64,000 nt of DNA from an uncultured Lachnospiraceae bacterium. Lineage in GTDB: Bacteria; Bacillota; Clostridia; Lachnospirales; Lachnospiraceae. A program made the position numbers and the translations under genes. The stretch lies in the NCBI GenBank assembly GCA_905209075.1, contig CAJLRL010000002.1:2869-66868 (forward strand). The letters run 5' to 3'. Under the pieces are notes generated by a model, which searched no databases, was not told where the DNA came from, and saw only the letters and a program-made list of their open reading frames with translations. Positions 39,538 to 50,209 of the stretch are shown here, piece after piece (position 1 is the stretch's first letter; each line of letters opens with the position of its first letter).

Positions 39538-40887
39538 ATGACAAACATACCATTATGGTTATGTATACCATTCGCCGGACTATTGCTGTGTATAGCTATA
39601 CTGCCATTAGTTAAAGGTGAATGGTGGGAGAAAAACCAGCCATATGCAGTAATTGCATGGTCACTACTATTTATCATTCCATTTGCGGTTAAATTCGGTG
39701 CTGCAAGTGCTGCAGAGACAGTGCTTGAATGCCTGGTAAATGATTATCTTACATTTATAGTTCTGCTTTTTGGATTATTCTGTGTAGCTGGAAACATCAA
39801 GCTTGAAGGAAATCTGATCGGTAATCCGATAGTCAATGTGGTAACGCTTGCCGTAGGAACATTTTTTTCAAGCTGGATCGGAACAACAGGTGCAAGTATG
39901 CTTTTTGTCCGTCCGATCATACAGATGAATTCGTGGAGAAAAAATAAAAGACATATCATGATCTTTTTTATTTTCCTCGTATCAAACATTGGAGGATGTC
40001 TTACACCGATCGGAGATCCACCGCTTCTTATGGGATTTTCAAGAGGAGTTTCATTTTTCTGGAGCATGAGGCTTATGCCGGTACTTATACTCAACATGGT
40101 AATTCTTCTTACGATATTTTATTTCCTTGATAGAAAAGCATACCAGAAGGATATAGCTATGGGTCTTATGCCAGAAATTAAAGAAGGTGAGCCTCTTATA
40201 AGAATAAAGGGTGCACACAACTTTTTATTTATCGTGCTTATTGTTATAGCTGTTATATTAAGTGGTGTACTTCCGGGACTTTCTGTATTCCAGAATGCAG
40301 CAGGAGAGGTGCTTTCATTACCGATTTTCGGAGAGGTCAGACTGTCAGTGTCATCTATAATTGAGATAGTGCTTATACTTTTAGCAGCATTTCTTTCATT
40401 TAAAACAACTCCAAAGGAAGTAAGGGTACAAAACCACTTTACATGGGGCGCAATCCAGGAAGTTGCAGTATTATTTATAGGAATTTTCATCACAATGCAG
40501 CCGGCTCTTATGATCTTAAAGAGTGCGGGAGCAAACCTTGGACTTTCACACCCATACCAGATGTTCTGGGTAACAGGTGCATTGTCAAGTTTCCTCGACA
40601 ATACTCCAACATACCTTGTATTCCTGACAACAGCGGGATCTATGAGCTTTACAAGTGGAATTGTCACAACACTTGGAACTGTACCGGTAAAAATGCTCAT
40701 GGCAATATCATGTGGTGCAGTATTTATGGGAGCAAACACATACATTGGAAATGCTCCAAACTTTATGGTTAAATCGATCTCTGATGAAAACGGTGTCAAC
40801 ATGCCATCATTTTTCGGCTATATCGGATGGTCAATAAGATATCTGATACCGGTATTCATTATAGATATGCTTATATTCTTTATATAA
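39538..40887 (+). CDS. Polytopic ion transporter (ArsB/NhaD-like permease superfamily)
   Basis: About 450 aa, at least 10 TM helices, internal duplication, GDPPLLMGF motif. Confidence 0.4.
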   Translation: MTNIPLWLCIPFAGLLLCIAILPLVKGEWWEKNQPYAVIAWSLLFIIPFAVKFGAASAAETVLECLVNDYLTFIVLLFGLFCVAGNIKLEGNLIGNPIVNVVTLAVGTFFSSWIGTTGASMLFVRPIIQMNSWRKNKRHIMIFFIFLVSNIGGCLTPIGDPPLLMGFSRGVSFFWSMRLMPVLILNMVILLTIFYFLDRKAYQKDIAMGLMPEIKEGEPLIRIKGAHNFLFIVLIVIAVILSGVLPGLSVFQNAAGEVLSLPIFGEVRLSVSSIIEIVLILLAAFLSFKTTPKEVRVQNHFTWGAIQEVAVLFIGIFITMQPALMILKSAGANLGLSHPYQMFWVTGALSSFLDNTPTYLVFLTTAGSMSFTSGIVTTLGTVPVKMLMAISCGAVFMGANTYIGNAPNFMVKSISDENGVNMPSFFGYIGWSIRYLIPVFIIDMLIFFI

Positions 40888-40901
40888 AGGAGGGGTGAAG
40901 A

Positions 40902-41876
40902 ATGGAATTTTATGATGAGAAAATCAAACAGCTTGCTATTGAAATTTATGAGCTCGATGCAGAAGTTTATGAAAAAGTTGGATCATCACTCGGACGTGTT
41001 TTTACGGCTGAGAGAGATATATGTATCAGAAATATAATGGAGGATCTTCACTCCAGACAAAAAAGCTCGCATGTCCGAAGTGAGCTTGCCCTCATAAGCA
41101 ACATGGCAAGAACGATAAAAGATAAAAATATCCGCCATGGCCTTATGGAAAAGTATGACAAAGTGCTTAATGAGATAAAGGAGCTTCCTACAAGTTTTGC
41201 AGATGGTGACATCCTTGATCCAAAGATTGCTGACCTTAATACGGTAAACTTAAAGGATCGATTTAAATCAGGGGATCACCTGATAATATGTATAGGACGT
41301 TCATGCGGATGCGGTGGTAATGAGATAGGTTTTGCCCTGGCAGATAAGCTTCATATGAATTTCTATGATGTTTCGGTCATGAACGAGGTGTTTAAGCAGC
41401 AGGGCGGCGATGAGGCAGCTCAGGCTGTTGCAACATTCCAGAAGAAACAGAAGATAACACCATCAAAGAGTGTTAGATCATTTGCCAAGTATCATGGACT
41501 TAGTGCCAATGATGTACTTTTCTTTGATACAAGTAAATTTCTTGTGCAGAAAGCAAAAGAAGAGGATTTCATAGTTATGGGAAGATTTGCGGATGCCATA
41601 CTTACAAACAATCATATACCGCACATAAGTATATTTATCACAGCACCTGAACGTAGAAGGATACAGCGTTTTGTTGAGATAAACCAGAACATAACTGTAA
41701 AGCAGGCAAAAAAATGGATCGAATCAGAGGATAAGCGGCACTTAAAGACATATAAATTTTATACTGGAAGAAAATGGAGCAAGGCGTCAAACTATGATCT
41801 TTGCATCAACAGTGCAAGCTATGGGATAAATGGTTCAGTTGAGATGATAATGAGGATGCTTGATCTCGAAAAATAG
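40902..41876 (+). CDS. Cytidylate kinase-like family protein with 120-aa N-terminal extension
   Basis: ICIGRSCGCGGNEIGFALADKLHMNFYD matches the Cytidylate_kin2 signature (GRxxGSGG...YD). Confidence 0.55.
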   Translation: MEFYDEKIKQLAIEIYELDAEVYEKVGSSLGRVFTAERDICIRNIMEDLHSRQKSSHVRSELALISNMARTIKDKNIRHGLMEKYDKVLNEIKELPTSFADGDILDPKIADLNTVNLKDRFKSGDHLIICIGRSCGCGGNEIGFALADKLHMNFYDVSVMNEVFKQQGGDEAAQAVATFQKKQKITPSKSVRSFAKYHGLSANDVLFFDTSKFLVQKAKEEDFIVMGRFADAILTNNHIPHISIFITAPERRRIQRFVEINQNITVKQAKKWIESEDKRHLKTYKFYTGRKWSKASNYDLCINSASYGINGSVEMIMRMLDLEK

Positions 41877-41964
41877 CTGGTTTTACTTCAGACATTTTAT
41901 AAAAGACCTTACAAAAATTCTAAAATAGTGTTAAAATATATTTGTAAAGCGAAAGAGGTGTGAA

Positions 41965-42465
41965 ATGTTTGAGATAGGTGACTATGTATTAAATGCCACA
42001 AACGGCATATGTAAAATCAAAGAGATAGTGGAGTTGGACATGTCCGGAGATAAAAATCCTAAATCATACTTTTTACTTCGCCCGATAGACGAGGAAAATG
42101 ATAAGGTTTACATTCCGGTCGATAATGCTGACAAACGTATCAGAAAAGTAATAAACAAAAAAGAAGCTGTTTCCATAATAGAGATGATTCCGGAAGTGGA
42201 AGAACTATCTATATCTAATGAAAAGGAAAGGGAGACTAAATATAAGACTGCAGTCAGAAGCTGTGATCCGAGACAGATAATAAGTCTTCTTAAATGCCTG
42301 CGCAGACGAAATGAAGAACGTTTGGCCAATGGAAAGAAATCTACAGCTGTAGATGAGAGATATTTAAAGATGGCAGTGAATAATTTTCATGCGGAGCTGG
42401 CATTTGCACTTGGACGTGATAAAAGTGAGATGGATAGTATAATCGAGGAAATGCTTGCGAGATAG
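41965..42465 (+). CDS. CarD/CdnL family RNA-polymerase-binding transcription factor
   Basis: MFEIGDYVLNATNGICKIKEI... N-terminal Tudor-like RNAP-interacting domain. 166 aa. Confidence 0.7.
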   Translation: MFEIGDYVLNATNGICKIKEIVELDMSGDKNPKSYFLLRPIDEENDKVYIPVDNADKRIRKVINKKEAVSIIEMIPEVEELSISNEKERETKYKTAVRSCDPRQIISLLKCLRRRNEERLANGKKSTAVDERYLKMAVNNFHAELAFALGRDKSEMDSIIEEMLAR

Positions 42466-42467
42466 AC

Positions 42468-42518
42468 AAAAGGTGGTTACTGTTCACAATTCAAGTGAAC
42501 AGTAACCACCTTTTTGTT
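42468..42518 (+). terminator. Rho-independent terminator (20-bp perfect stem)
   Basis: AAAAGGTGGTTACTGTTCAC-aattcaa-GTGAACAGTAACCACCTTTTT. Confidence 0.85.
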
Positions 42519-42751
42519 TTGTATAATGAAATACTCCCTAGTGATTTGTACTTTTAATAGTACTATGGTTATATTATATAGTACTTTGGACATATAATGC
42601 AATAGGAAAAATGTGCAAAAACGATTTGAATATTAAAAAAAACATTCATATAATACCTTAAGAAAAGTTTAAACAAAAAAATAATGTGGTTTTGTGCCTG
42701 ATATGGTATAATGATAGAGTTAATGAAAAAAATGAAAAGGAAATATTTTAC

Positions 42752-43396
42752 ATGAGAGAAAAAATTAAACTCATAGGTTTTTACAATTACACGGTTATAC
42801 TTACATATATTGGAATGCTTATTGGATTTATGGGCATAATGCTTGTACTGAAAAATAATCATGTATGGGCACTTATATGTCTTATGATAGCCGGTGTGTG
42901 TGATATGTTTGACGGAACGATCGCATCGACAAAAAAGGACAGGACAAAGGATGAAAAGAGTTTTGGGATACAGATAGATTCTTTAAGTGATCTTATATGC
43001 TTTGGGGTTCTTCCATCGGTATGGGTTATGAGTATGTCGGATAAGTTAGGTGTTTTATCGTTTATTCCATGTCTTTTTATATTGTGTGGACTTATCAGGC
43101 TTGCATATTTTAATGTTGACGAGGCAAACCGTCAGGCGGCAACATCCGAGCGCAGATCCTATTATCTCGGACTGCCTATTACGGCATCAGCGCTTGCGAT
43201 TCCGGCAGTTTACGTAATCGGAATGTTCTTTAAAACACCTATGTATGAGACTGGGCTTATTGCACTTTTAATAGTCGGTATATGTTATGTGCTTCCGTTC
43301 CACCTCAAAAAGCCGAAGTTTGTTGGAGAGCTTCTGATAGTAGGATTCGGGGCAGCACTGTTTTGTATAATTATAGCGGAGGCAGTACTTCGATGA
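42752..43396 (+). CDS. pssA: CDP-diacylglycerol--serine O-phosphatidyltransferase (CDP-alcohol phosphatidyltransferase family)
   Basis: DMFDGTIAST...G...DSLSD matches the D-G-x2-A-R...G-x3-D-x3-D motif. Directly coupled (ATGA overlap) to a phosphatidylserine decarboxylase. Confidence 0.7.
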   Translation: MREKIKLIGFYNYTVILTYIGMLIGFMGIMLVLKNNHVWALICLMIAGVCDMFDGTIASTKKDRTKDEKSFGIQIDSLSDLICFGVLPSVWVMSMSDKLGVLSFIPCLFILCGLIRLAYFNVDEANRQAATSERRSYYLGLPITASALAIPAVYVIGMFFKTPMYETGLIALLIVGICYVLPFHLKKPKFVGELLIVGFGAALFCIIIAEAVLR

Positions 43397-44211
43397 AAAA
43401 CAGATCGTTTGTAGAATGGATGTATTCAACTAAAACAGGACGGGCATTTTTAAAGATCATGCTTTATTCGGGCATACTTAAAGCTGCTGAAAAAATTGCA
43501 CGTTCGCCGTTTTCCAGACCATATATAAAAAAATTCATTAAAAGCAATAATATAGATATGTCTGATTTTAAAGGTCAGACATATTATAGTTTTCAGGATT
43601 TTTTCTCCCGTAAGAGAAAAGATATAGTCCCTGACAGGACTCCGGAGCATCTTATAAGCCCGTGTGATGGTTATCTTAGTGCATACAAAATAAAAAGCAA
43701 CAGCAGTTTCTTTATAAAAGGTTCGTGGTATAAAGTTAAAGATCTTGTGACGGACGAAAAGCAGGCAAAAAAATTTGCCGGTGGAGACTGTGTGGTTTTG
43801 AGATTATGTGCGAATGATTATCATCATTACTGCTATATAGATGATGGTTTTATGGGCAAGAATCATTTTGTCAAAGGAACGCTTCATAGCGTACAGCCGA
43901 TCGCCTGTGAGAATTATCCTGTTTACAGATTAAACCGCAGGATGTGGACTATGCTGGAGACAAATAATTTTGGAAAAGTAGCGCAGATCGAGATAGGTGC
44001 GGTTCTGGTTGGTGGAATAGTAAATAACAGCGAAAACGTTCTGATGAAGAGAGGTCAGGATATGGGACGCTTTGAACTTATAGGTTCAACCATAGTTCTT
44101 CTATTTGAAAAGGGAAAAATTGAATTGATTCCTGAAATTCTGGACAATATAAAAGGGGACAAAGAATTCAGGGTTGTCCAGGGACAGCATATTGCAAATA
44201 AAATCAGATAG
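43393..44211 (+). CDS. psd: Phosphatidylserine decarboxylase proenzyme
   Basis: C-terminal GST self-cleavage motif (FELIGSTIVL). About 270 aa. Confidence 0.75.
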   Translation: MKNRSFVEWMYSTKTGRAFLKIMLYSGILKAAEKIARSPFSRPYIKKFIKSNNIDMSDFKGQTYYSFQDFFSRKRKDIVPDRTPEHLISPCDGYLSAYKIKSNSSFFIKGSWYKVKDLVTDEKQAKKFAGGDCVVLRLCANDYHHYCYIDDGFMGKNHFVKGTLHSVQPIACENYPVYRLNRRMWTMLETNNFGKVAQIEIGAVLVGGIVNNSENVLMKRGQDMGRFELIGSTIVLLFEKGKIELIPEILDNIKGDKEFRVVQGQHIANKIR

Positions 44212-44223
44212 AGAGAAAATAAT

Positions 44224-44877
44224 ATGGTAATAAAAGAAAAATTAGACTGGCTGCTGCCAAAATTCTGCCGGATACCACTCATTTTTACGGTCATACTTAA
44301 TTTCAGCGTATACTGGGGATCACGTGCGATAGCAGGGAACTGGTATCATCACAATATAGAGACTCCGGTGGATGCTATGATTCCAACGGTTTATTGGACA
44401 GTCCTTATTTATTTTGGCTGCTATATATTCTGGATCATAAACTATATATATAATGCCAGAATGAGCAAAGAGCATTGTTATATATTTCTTGGAACAGACT
44501 GGATAGGAAAAGTTATATGTTTTATTTTATATGTAGCATATCCAACTACAAACACAAGACCTCAGATAGCCGGCGATGGGATATGGGCAGAGCTTATGAG
44601 ATTATTATACAGAATAGATGAAGCAGATAATCTTTTCCCTTCAATACATTGTCTTGTCAGCTGGATCTGTTATATAGGAATAAGAGGAAATAAAAAAGTA
44701 CCGCTGGCATTCAGGGTATTTTCGTGTATAATGGCACTTGCGGTATGTATTTCCACACTCACGACGAAACAGCATGTAATATATGATGTTGTGGCGGGAA
44801 TAGCACTTGCAGAAGCAGGATATTTTATATTGGGAAGAATCGGCAGGCAGAAAACAGGCGGGGATGCGCAGCCGTAA
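44224..44877 (+). CDS. PAP2-family membrane phosphatase
   Basis: Three PAP2 motifs: (K/Y)x6RP as YPTTNTRP, PSGH as FPSIH, SRx5Hx3D as TKQHVIYDV. Confidence 0.6.
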   Translation: MVIKEKLDWLLPKFCRIPLIFTVILNFSVYWGSRAIAGNWYHHNIETPVDAMIPTVYWTVLIYFGCYIFWIINYIYNARMSKEHCYIFLGTDWIGKVICFILYVAYPTTNTRPQIAGDGIWAELMRLLYRIDEADNLFPSIHCLVSWICYIGIRGNKKVPLAFRVFSCIMALAVCISTLTTKQHVIYDVVAGIALAEAGYFILGRIGRQKTGGDAQP

Positions 44878-44906
44878 ATTACAATAGAAAAGGAAAAGGT
44901 GATAAA

Positions 44907-45602
44907 ATGAACAGGCAACAGGATGTTACGATTACTGTTGATGAGGAGGAAGAGTTTGAACTTCTCCCGGCAATGGGGGAATTTAGTTCGATTGCATCGC
45001 AATACGAGCACATAATGTTTTTTTATGAATCAGGGATACAACAGATAGTTGCAAAACTCCAGATATTGAATAATGAGTTTAAGAATAATAATGAACGTAA
45101 TCCTATTGAAAACATAAAAAGCCGTGTAAAATCAATGGAGAGCATTATCGATAAAATGCAGCGCAAGGGGATTCCTCTTACGATGAATTCCATGGCAAAG
45201 GAGATAAAGGATATAGCGGGCGTCAGAGTCATATGTCCATTTATCTCTGATGTTTATCAGGTCGCGAATATGCTTGTAAACCAGCAGGATGTCGATCTGG
45301 TAACGGTAAAGGATTACATAAAAAAGCCGAAAGAAAACGGCTACAGAAGTCTCCATATGATCGTTATGGTAGATGTGTATTTTTCAGATCACAAGGATCG
45401 TGTGCCTATAGAAATCCAGTTCCGCACTATTGCGATGAATTTCTGGGCAAGCACGGAGCATCAGCTGAGATATAAAAAGGACAGGGTATTTACTGAGGAA
45501 ATGCAGCAGGAACTAAAGAAATGTGCTGACATAATGGCGGAGGCAGACGACAAAATGCAGAATCTTGCCATAGTATCAGGAATTACACAACCGATAAATT
45601 AA
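44907..45602 (+). CDS. Small alarmone synthetase (RelA/SpoT synthetase-domain protein, RelQ/RelP-like)
   Basis: 231 aa. DIAGVRVI, GYRSLHMIV, EIQFRTIAMNFWASTEHQLRYK blocks of the (p)ppGpp synthetase domain. No HD hydrolase domain. Confidence 0.8.
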   Translation: MNRQQDVTITVDEEEEFELLPAMGEFSSIASQYEHIMFFYESGIQQIVAKLQILNNEFKNNNERNPIENIKSRVKSMESIIDKMQRKGIPLTMNSMAKEIKDIAGVRVICPFISDVYQVANMLVNQQDVDLVTVKDYIKKPKENGYRSLHMIVMVDVYFSDHKDRVPIEIQFRTIAMNFWASTEHQLRYKKDRVFTEEMQQELKKCADIMAEADDKMQNLAIVSGITQPIN

Positions 45603-45666
45603 ACAAAATCCACCCGGGTATGAGAATAACCGGGTGGATTTTGTTTATAAATATTTAATAAAATTG

Positions 45667-45693
45667 TTAGCACTCTCTGTTGACGAGTGCTAA
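45667..45693. promoter_or_regulatory. CIRCE element (HrcA operator) overlapping the clpB promoter
   Basis: TTAGCACTC-N9-GAGTGCTAA is a perfect match to the CIRCE consensus. TTGACG (-35) lies inside the spacer, TATAAC (-10) 17 nt downstream. Confidence 0.85.
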
Positions 45694-45756
45694 TTTACGT
45701 GTTATAACATAATCGTAAACAGAAATGTAAACAATATTTTTGAAGGGAGTGAGACT

Positions 45757-48357
45757 ATGAACATTCAAAAATTTACACAGAAATCAATAGAAGCAGTCAA
45801 TGATTGCGAGAAGCTTGCTTATGATTATGGAAATCAGGAGATAGAGCAGGAACATTTGCTTGTAGCATTACTTTCACAGGAAGATGGTCTGATTCCAAAG
45901 CTTATAGATAAGATGGAGATAAACGTAGAGCATTTTACAGAGAATGCGAAGCGTCATCTGACAGCAAGGACAAAGGTCAGTGGCAGCAGTGCACAGATTT
46001 ATGTCGGCAATGATTTAAATAAGGTACTTATCCATGCTGAGGATGAGGCAAAGGCAATGGGGGATGAGTATGTATCGGTTGAACATCTTTTCCTCTGCCT
46101 GTTAAGATATCCTAATAAGGCAATGAAAGAGCTGATAAAGGAGTACGGTCTCACAAGAGACAGGTTCCTCGCCGCACTTTCTACAGTAAGAGGCAATCAG
46201 AAGGTTACATCTGATAACCCTGAGGCTACCTATGACACACTTGAAAAGTATGGATACGATATGGTCGAAAGAGCCAGGGAACAGAAGCTGGATCCTGTTA
46301 TCGGACGTGATGAAGAGATCAGGAATGTTATCAGGATCCTTTCACGTAAGACAAAAAATAATCCGGTACTTATCGGTGAACCCGGTGTAGGTAAAACGGC
46401 GGTAGTTGAAGGACTGGCACAGCGTATTGTAAAAGGTGATGTGCCTGAGGGACTTAAAGACAAAAAGCTTTTTGCACTCGATATGGGAGCTCTTGTAGCA
46501 GGTGCCAAGTATAGGGGCGAATTCGAGGAAAGATTAAAGGCTGTACTTGATGATGTAAAAGCGTCAGAGGGTCAGATAATTCTTTTTATCGACGAACTCC
46601 ATACAATAGTCGGTGCTGGAAAAACGGATGGTGCAATGGATGCCGGACAGCTTCTAAAACCGATGCTGGCAAGAGGTGAGCTTCACTGTGTAGGTGCAAC
46701 AACGCTTGATGAGTATCGTGAGTACATTGAGAAGGATGCTGCACTTGAGAGACGTTTCCAGCCTGTAATGGTAGATGAGCCTACAGTTGAGGATACGATA
46801 TCTATTCTTCGTGGACTTAAGGACAGATACGAAGTATTCCACGGAGTAAAGATCACAGATTCTGCACTTGTGACGGCAGCAGTACTTTCCAACAGATATA
46901 TCACAGACAGATTTCTGCCTGATAAGGCGATCGATCTTGTCGATGAGGCATGTGCCATGATAAAGACCGAACTTGATTCCATGCCAACAGAGCTGGACGA
47001 ATTAAATCGTAAGGTCATGCAGCTTCAGATAGAGGAAACTGCTCTTAAGAAAGAGACGGATCATTTAAGCATGGACAGACTTGCCGCCCTGCAGAAGGAG
47101 CTTGCAGAACTGCGTGATGAATTCAACGCTAAAAAGGCAAAATGGCAGAATGAAAAGAGTGCAGTCGATAAGGTAAGCAAGCTGCGTGAAAATATCGAAT
47201 CTACAAAGAATGAGATAAAGAGCGCACAGCAGAATTATGATCTTGAAAAAGCAGCAGAACTGCAGTATGGTGTACTTCCGAATCTTCAGAAAGAGTTAGA
47301 AATAGAAGAGCAGAAGATAAAAGATAAGGATTTATCGCTTGTCAGGGAAAATGTAAGTGATGAGGAAATAGCAAAAATCATCTCGCGCTGGACAGGAATC
47401 CCTGTTGCAAAGCTTACCGAAAGTGAGAGGAATAAAACACTTCATCTTGATGAAGAACTCCATAAGAGAGTTGTCGGACAGGATGATGGTGTTACAAAGG
47501 TCACAGAGGCAATAATCCGTTCAAAAGCTGGAATAAAGGATCCTACAAAACCGATAGGTTCGTTTATGTTCCTTGGACCTACAGGCGTAGGCAAGACAGA
47601 GCTTGCGAAGGCACTTGCAGCAAGTCTTTTTGATGATGAGAATAATATGGTACGTCTCGATATGAGTGAGTACATGGAGAAATACTCAGTGTCCCGTCTT
47701 ATCGGGGCTCCTCCGGGATATGTAGGGTATGACGAGGGCGGACAGCTTACCGAGGCTGTAAGGCGTAAACCTTATTCTGTAGTCCTCTTTGATGAAGTTG
47801 AAAAAGCCCATCCTGATGTATTTAATGTACTGCTTCAGGTACTTGATGATGGACGTATCACCGATTCACAGGGACGTACCGTGGACTTTAAAAATACTAT
47901 CATCATCATGACAAGTAACCTAGGATCACAGGAGCTTCTTGAGGGTATAGAGGCAGACGGCAGCATCAGCACAGAGTGTGAGGATCGTGTCATGAATGAG
48001 CTTAAAGGTCATTTCAGACCGGAATTTCTGAACCGGCTGGATGAGATCATCATGTTCAAGCCTCTCACAAAGGATAACATAGGACATATCATAAATCTCC
48101 TTATGGATGACCTTAACAAGCGTCTTGTTGAAAAGGAGATAAAGGTTGAATTGACAGATTCTGCAAAGAAGTTTATCACAGATAATGGCTATGATCCGAT
48201 ATACGGAGCAAGACCACTGAAACGATATCTTCAGAAGCATGTAGAAACACTTGCAGCAAAGCTTATCCTTGGAGATGGTGTAAGGACCGGAGATACTATA
48301 CTTATAGATGAAAAAGATGGACAGCTTAGCGCATCTACAGTGCCGGCTGCTGTTTAA
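45757..48357 (+). CDS. clpB: ATP-dependent chaperone ClpB
   Basis: 866 aa. Clp N-domain, two AAA+ modules (GEPGVGKTA and GPTGVGKTE Walker A), long middle coiled-coil. Confidence 0.9.
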   Translation: MNIQKFTQKSIEAVNDCEKLAYDYGNQEIEQEHLLVALLSQEDGLIPKLIDKMEINVEHFTENAKRHLTARTKVSGSSAQIYVGNDLNKVLIHAEDEAKAMGDEYVSVEHLFLCLLRYPNKAMKELIKEYGLTRDRFLAALSTVRGNQKVTSDNPEATYDTLEKYGYDMVERAREQKLDPVIGRDEEIRNVIRILSRKTKNNPVLIGEPGVGKTAVVEGLAQRIVKGDVPEGLKDKKLFALDMGALVAGAKYRGEFEERLKAVLDDVKASEGQIILFIDELHTIVGAGKTDGAMDAGQLLKPMLARGELHCVGATTLDEYREYIEKDAALERRFQPVMVDEPTVEDTISILRGLKDRYEVFHGVKITDSALVTAAVLSNRYITDRFLPDKAIDLVDEACAMIKTELDSMPTELDELNRKVMQLQIEETALKKETDHLSMDRLAALQKELAELRDEFNAKKAKWQNEKSAVDKVSKLRENIESTKNEIKSAQQNYDLEKAAELQYGVLPNLQKELEIEEQKIKDKDLSLVRENVSDEEIAKIISRWTGIPVAKLTESERNKTLHLDEELHKRVVGQDDGVTKVTEAIIRSKAGIKDPTKPIGSFMFLGPTGVGKTELAKALAASLFDDENNMVRLDMSEYMEKYSVSRLIGAPPGYVGYDEGGQLTEAVRRKPYSVVLFDEVEKAHPDVFNVLLQVLDDGRITDSQGRTVDFKNTIIIMTSNLGSQELLEGIEADGSISTECEDRVMNELKGHFRPEFLNRLDEIIMFKPLTKDNIGHIINLLMDDLNKRLVEKEIKVELTDSAKKFITDNGYDPIYGARPLKRYLQKHVETLAAKLILGDGVRTGDTILIDEKDGQLSASTVPAAV

Positions 48358-48401
48358 AGCGATAAAAAGATAAAAGATAATAGTGGATAGTGTATTCATA
48401 A

Positions 48402-48435
48402 AACAAGGTGTGGGGATCATCCCCGCACCTTGTTT
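48402..48435 (+). terminator. Hairpin terminator (weak U-tract)
   Basis: AACAAGGTGTGGGGAT-c-ATCCCCGCACCTTGTT. Confidence 0.55.
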
Positions 48436-48795
48436 ACGATTAAAGATATATTTTAATCGTTCTTACAATCCTTCTTAAAGCATGCAATTCCAACAGGCAG
48501 TTTTAGTTGCTGGTCATACTGTTAGGTGCGAACAGTAACATATACATAGCAAAACTGCATTGCCGGGGTTGGAAATTAGACATTATGTAGAAAAATAAAT
48601 TTAGTGTTGTAAAGTGATGTGAATTAATGTATCTTATTATAGGGAAATGAATTTTACAACTCTATTTTATGCATAATTGGTGCTTATATATTAAATGAAT
48701 TGTGATTATATCGTTGTAAAATGAATTTTTAGATTAGTGAAATTGCAAAATGATATGTTTGATATATCAAATACGTATTTCAATGCGGGGATTAT

Positions 48796-50124
48796 ATGGA
48801 TTTATTTGATTACATGAGAGAACAGAATAAGGAAACCTCAGGTCCCCTTGCATCGCGGATGCGCCCGACTACACTTGATGAGGTAGTCGGACAGCAGCAT
48901 ATAGTAGGTAAAGACAAGCTGCTATATCGTGCGATAAAGGCTGATAAACTAAGCTCGATCATCTTTTACGGGCCACCGGGCACCGGAAAGACTACTCTGG
49001 CAAAGGTGATAGCACATACCACAAGTGCTGAGTTTATGCAGATCAATGCCACATCAGCCGGTAAAAAGGACATGGAAGAGGTTGTGGAGCAGGCAAAAGC
49101 AAATCAGGGAATGTATCAGAAGAAAACGATATTGTTTATCGACGAGATACACCGGTTCAACAAGGGTCAGCAGGATTATCTGCTTCCGTTTGTGGAGGAT
49201 GGTACGATCATCCTGATAGGAGCTACCACAGAAAATCCTTACTTTGAAGTAAACGGAGCTTTGCTTTCGAGATCAGTCATATTTGAACTTAAAAAGCTCT
49301 CGGCAGATGATATAAAGACACTGATAAAAAGAGCATTGACAGACAAAGAAAAAGGGATGGGCGCTTACGATGCACAAATAGATGATGATGCGCTTGATTT
49401 TCTTGCTGATGTCTCAAACGGAGATGCCCGGGCAGCCTTAACGGCAATAGAACTGGGAGTGCTGACTACGGACAGGGCAGAGGATGGCATCATACATATT
49501 ACTATTGATGTAGCAAGTGAGTGTATACAGAAGAGGGTTATTTCTTATGACAAAAAGGGCGATAACCATTACGATACGATATCAGCATTTATAAAAAGCA
49601 TGCGTGGTTCGGATCCTGATGCGGCAGTTTACTATCTGGCGAGAATGTTGTATGCCGGTGAAGATGTAAAATTTATAGCGCGAAGGATCATGATACTGGC
49701 ATCTGAAGATATAGGAAATGCCGACCCGATGGCTATGGTTCTTGCTTCGTCGGCAGCGGCAGCAGTAGAGCGTGTAGGAATGCCGGAGGCACAGATCATA
49801 CTGTCACAGGCTGTAACATATATGGCATGTGCACCAAAGAGCAATGCGGCATACAATGCAATTTCAGAGGCCATGCGTGTTGTAAAAGAGACGAAGACAC
49901 CACCGGTTCCGGCACATCTTCAGGATGCACATTACGGAGCGGCGGAAAAGCTCGGACATGGAGTGGGATATAAATATGCCCATGATTATCCGAATCATTA
50001 CGTAAAGCAGCAATATCTGCCGGATGGTCTTACAGACCAGGTATTTTACAAACCTTCTGATATAGGCTACGAGGCAAAGATACAGGAATATTTCAAAAAA
50101 ATCCATAGCGGCAGTGATGTATGA
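48796..50124 (+). CDS. rarA: Replication-associated recombination protein A (AAA+ ATPase)
   Basis: GPPGTGKTTLA Walker A, ILFIDEIHRFNK Walker B/sensor, MgsA C-terminal domain. Confidence 0.85.
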   Translation: MDLFDYMREQNKETSGPLASRMRPTTLDEVVGQQHIVGKDKLLYRAIKADKLSSIIFYGPPGTGKTTLAKVIAHTTSAEFMQINATSAGKKDMEEVVEQAKANQGMYQKKTILFIDEIHRFNKGQQDYLLPFVEDGTIILIGATTENPYFEVNGALLSRSVIFELKKLSADDIKTLIKRALTDKEKGMGAYDAQIDDDALDFLADVSNGDARAALTAIELGVLTTDRAEDGIIHITIDVASECIQKRVISYDKKGDNHYDTISAFIKSMRGSDPDAAVYYLARMLYAGEDVKFIARRIMILASEDIGNADPMAMVLASSAAAAVERVGMPEAQIILSQAVTYMACAPKSNAAYNAISEAMRVVKETKTPPVPAHLQDAHYGAAEKLGHGVGYKYAHDYPNHYVKQQYLPDGLTDQVFYKPSDIGYEAKIQEYFKKIHSGSDV

Positions 50125-50209
50125 TGCAAATAACGTTATGGTTTAATTATGTGATAAAGTACAAATTTTATAAATATATTAATAAAAATCAGACCAGGAG
50201 GATCTTTTA

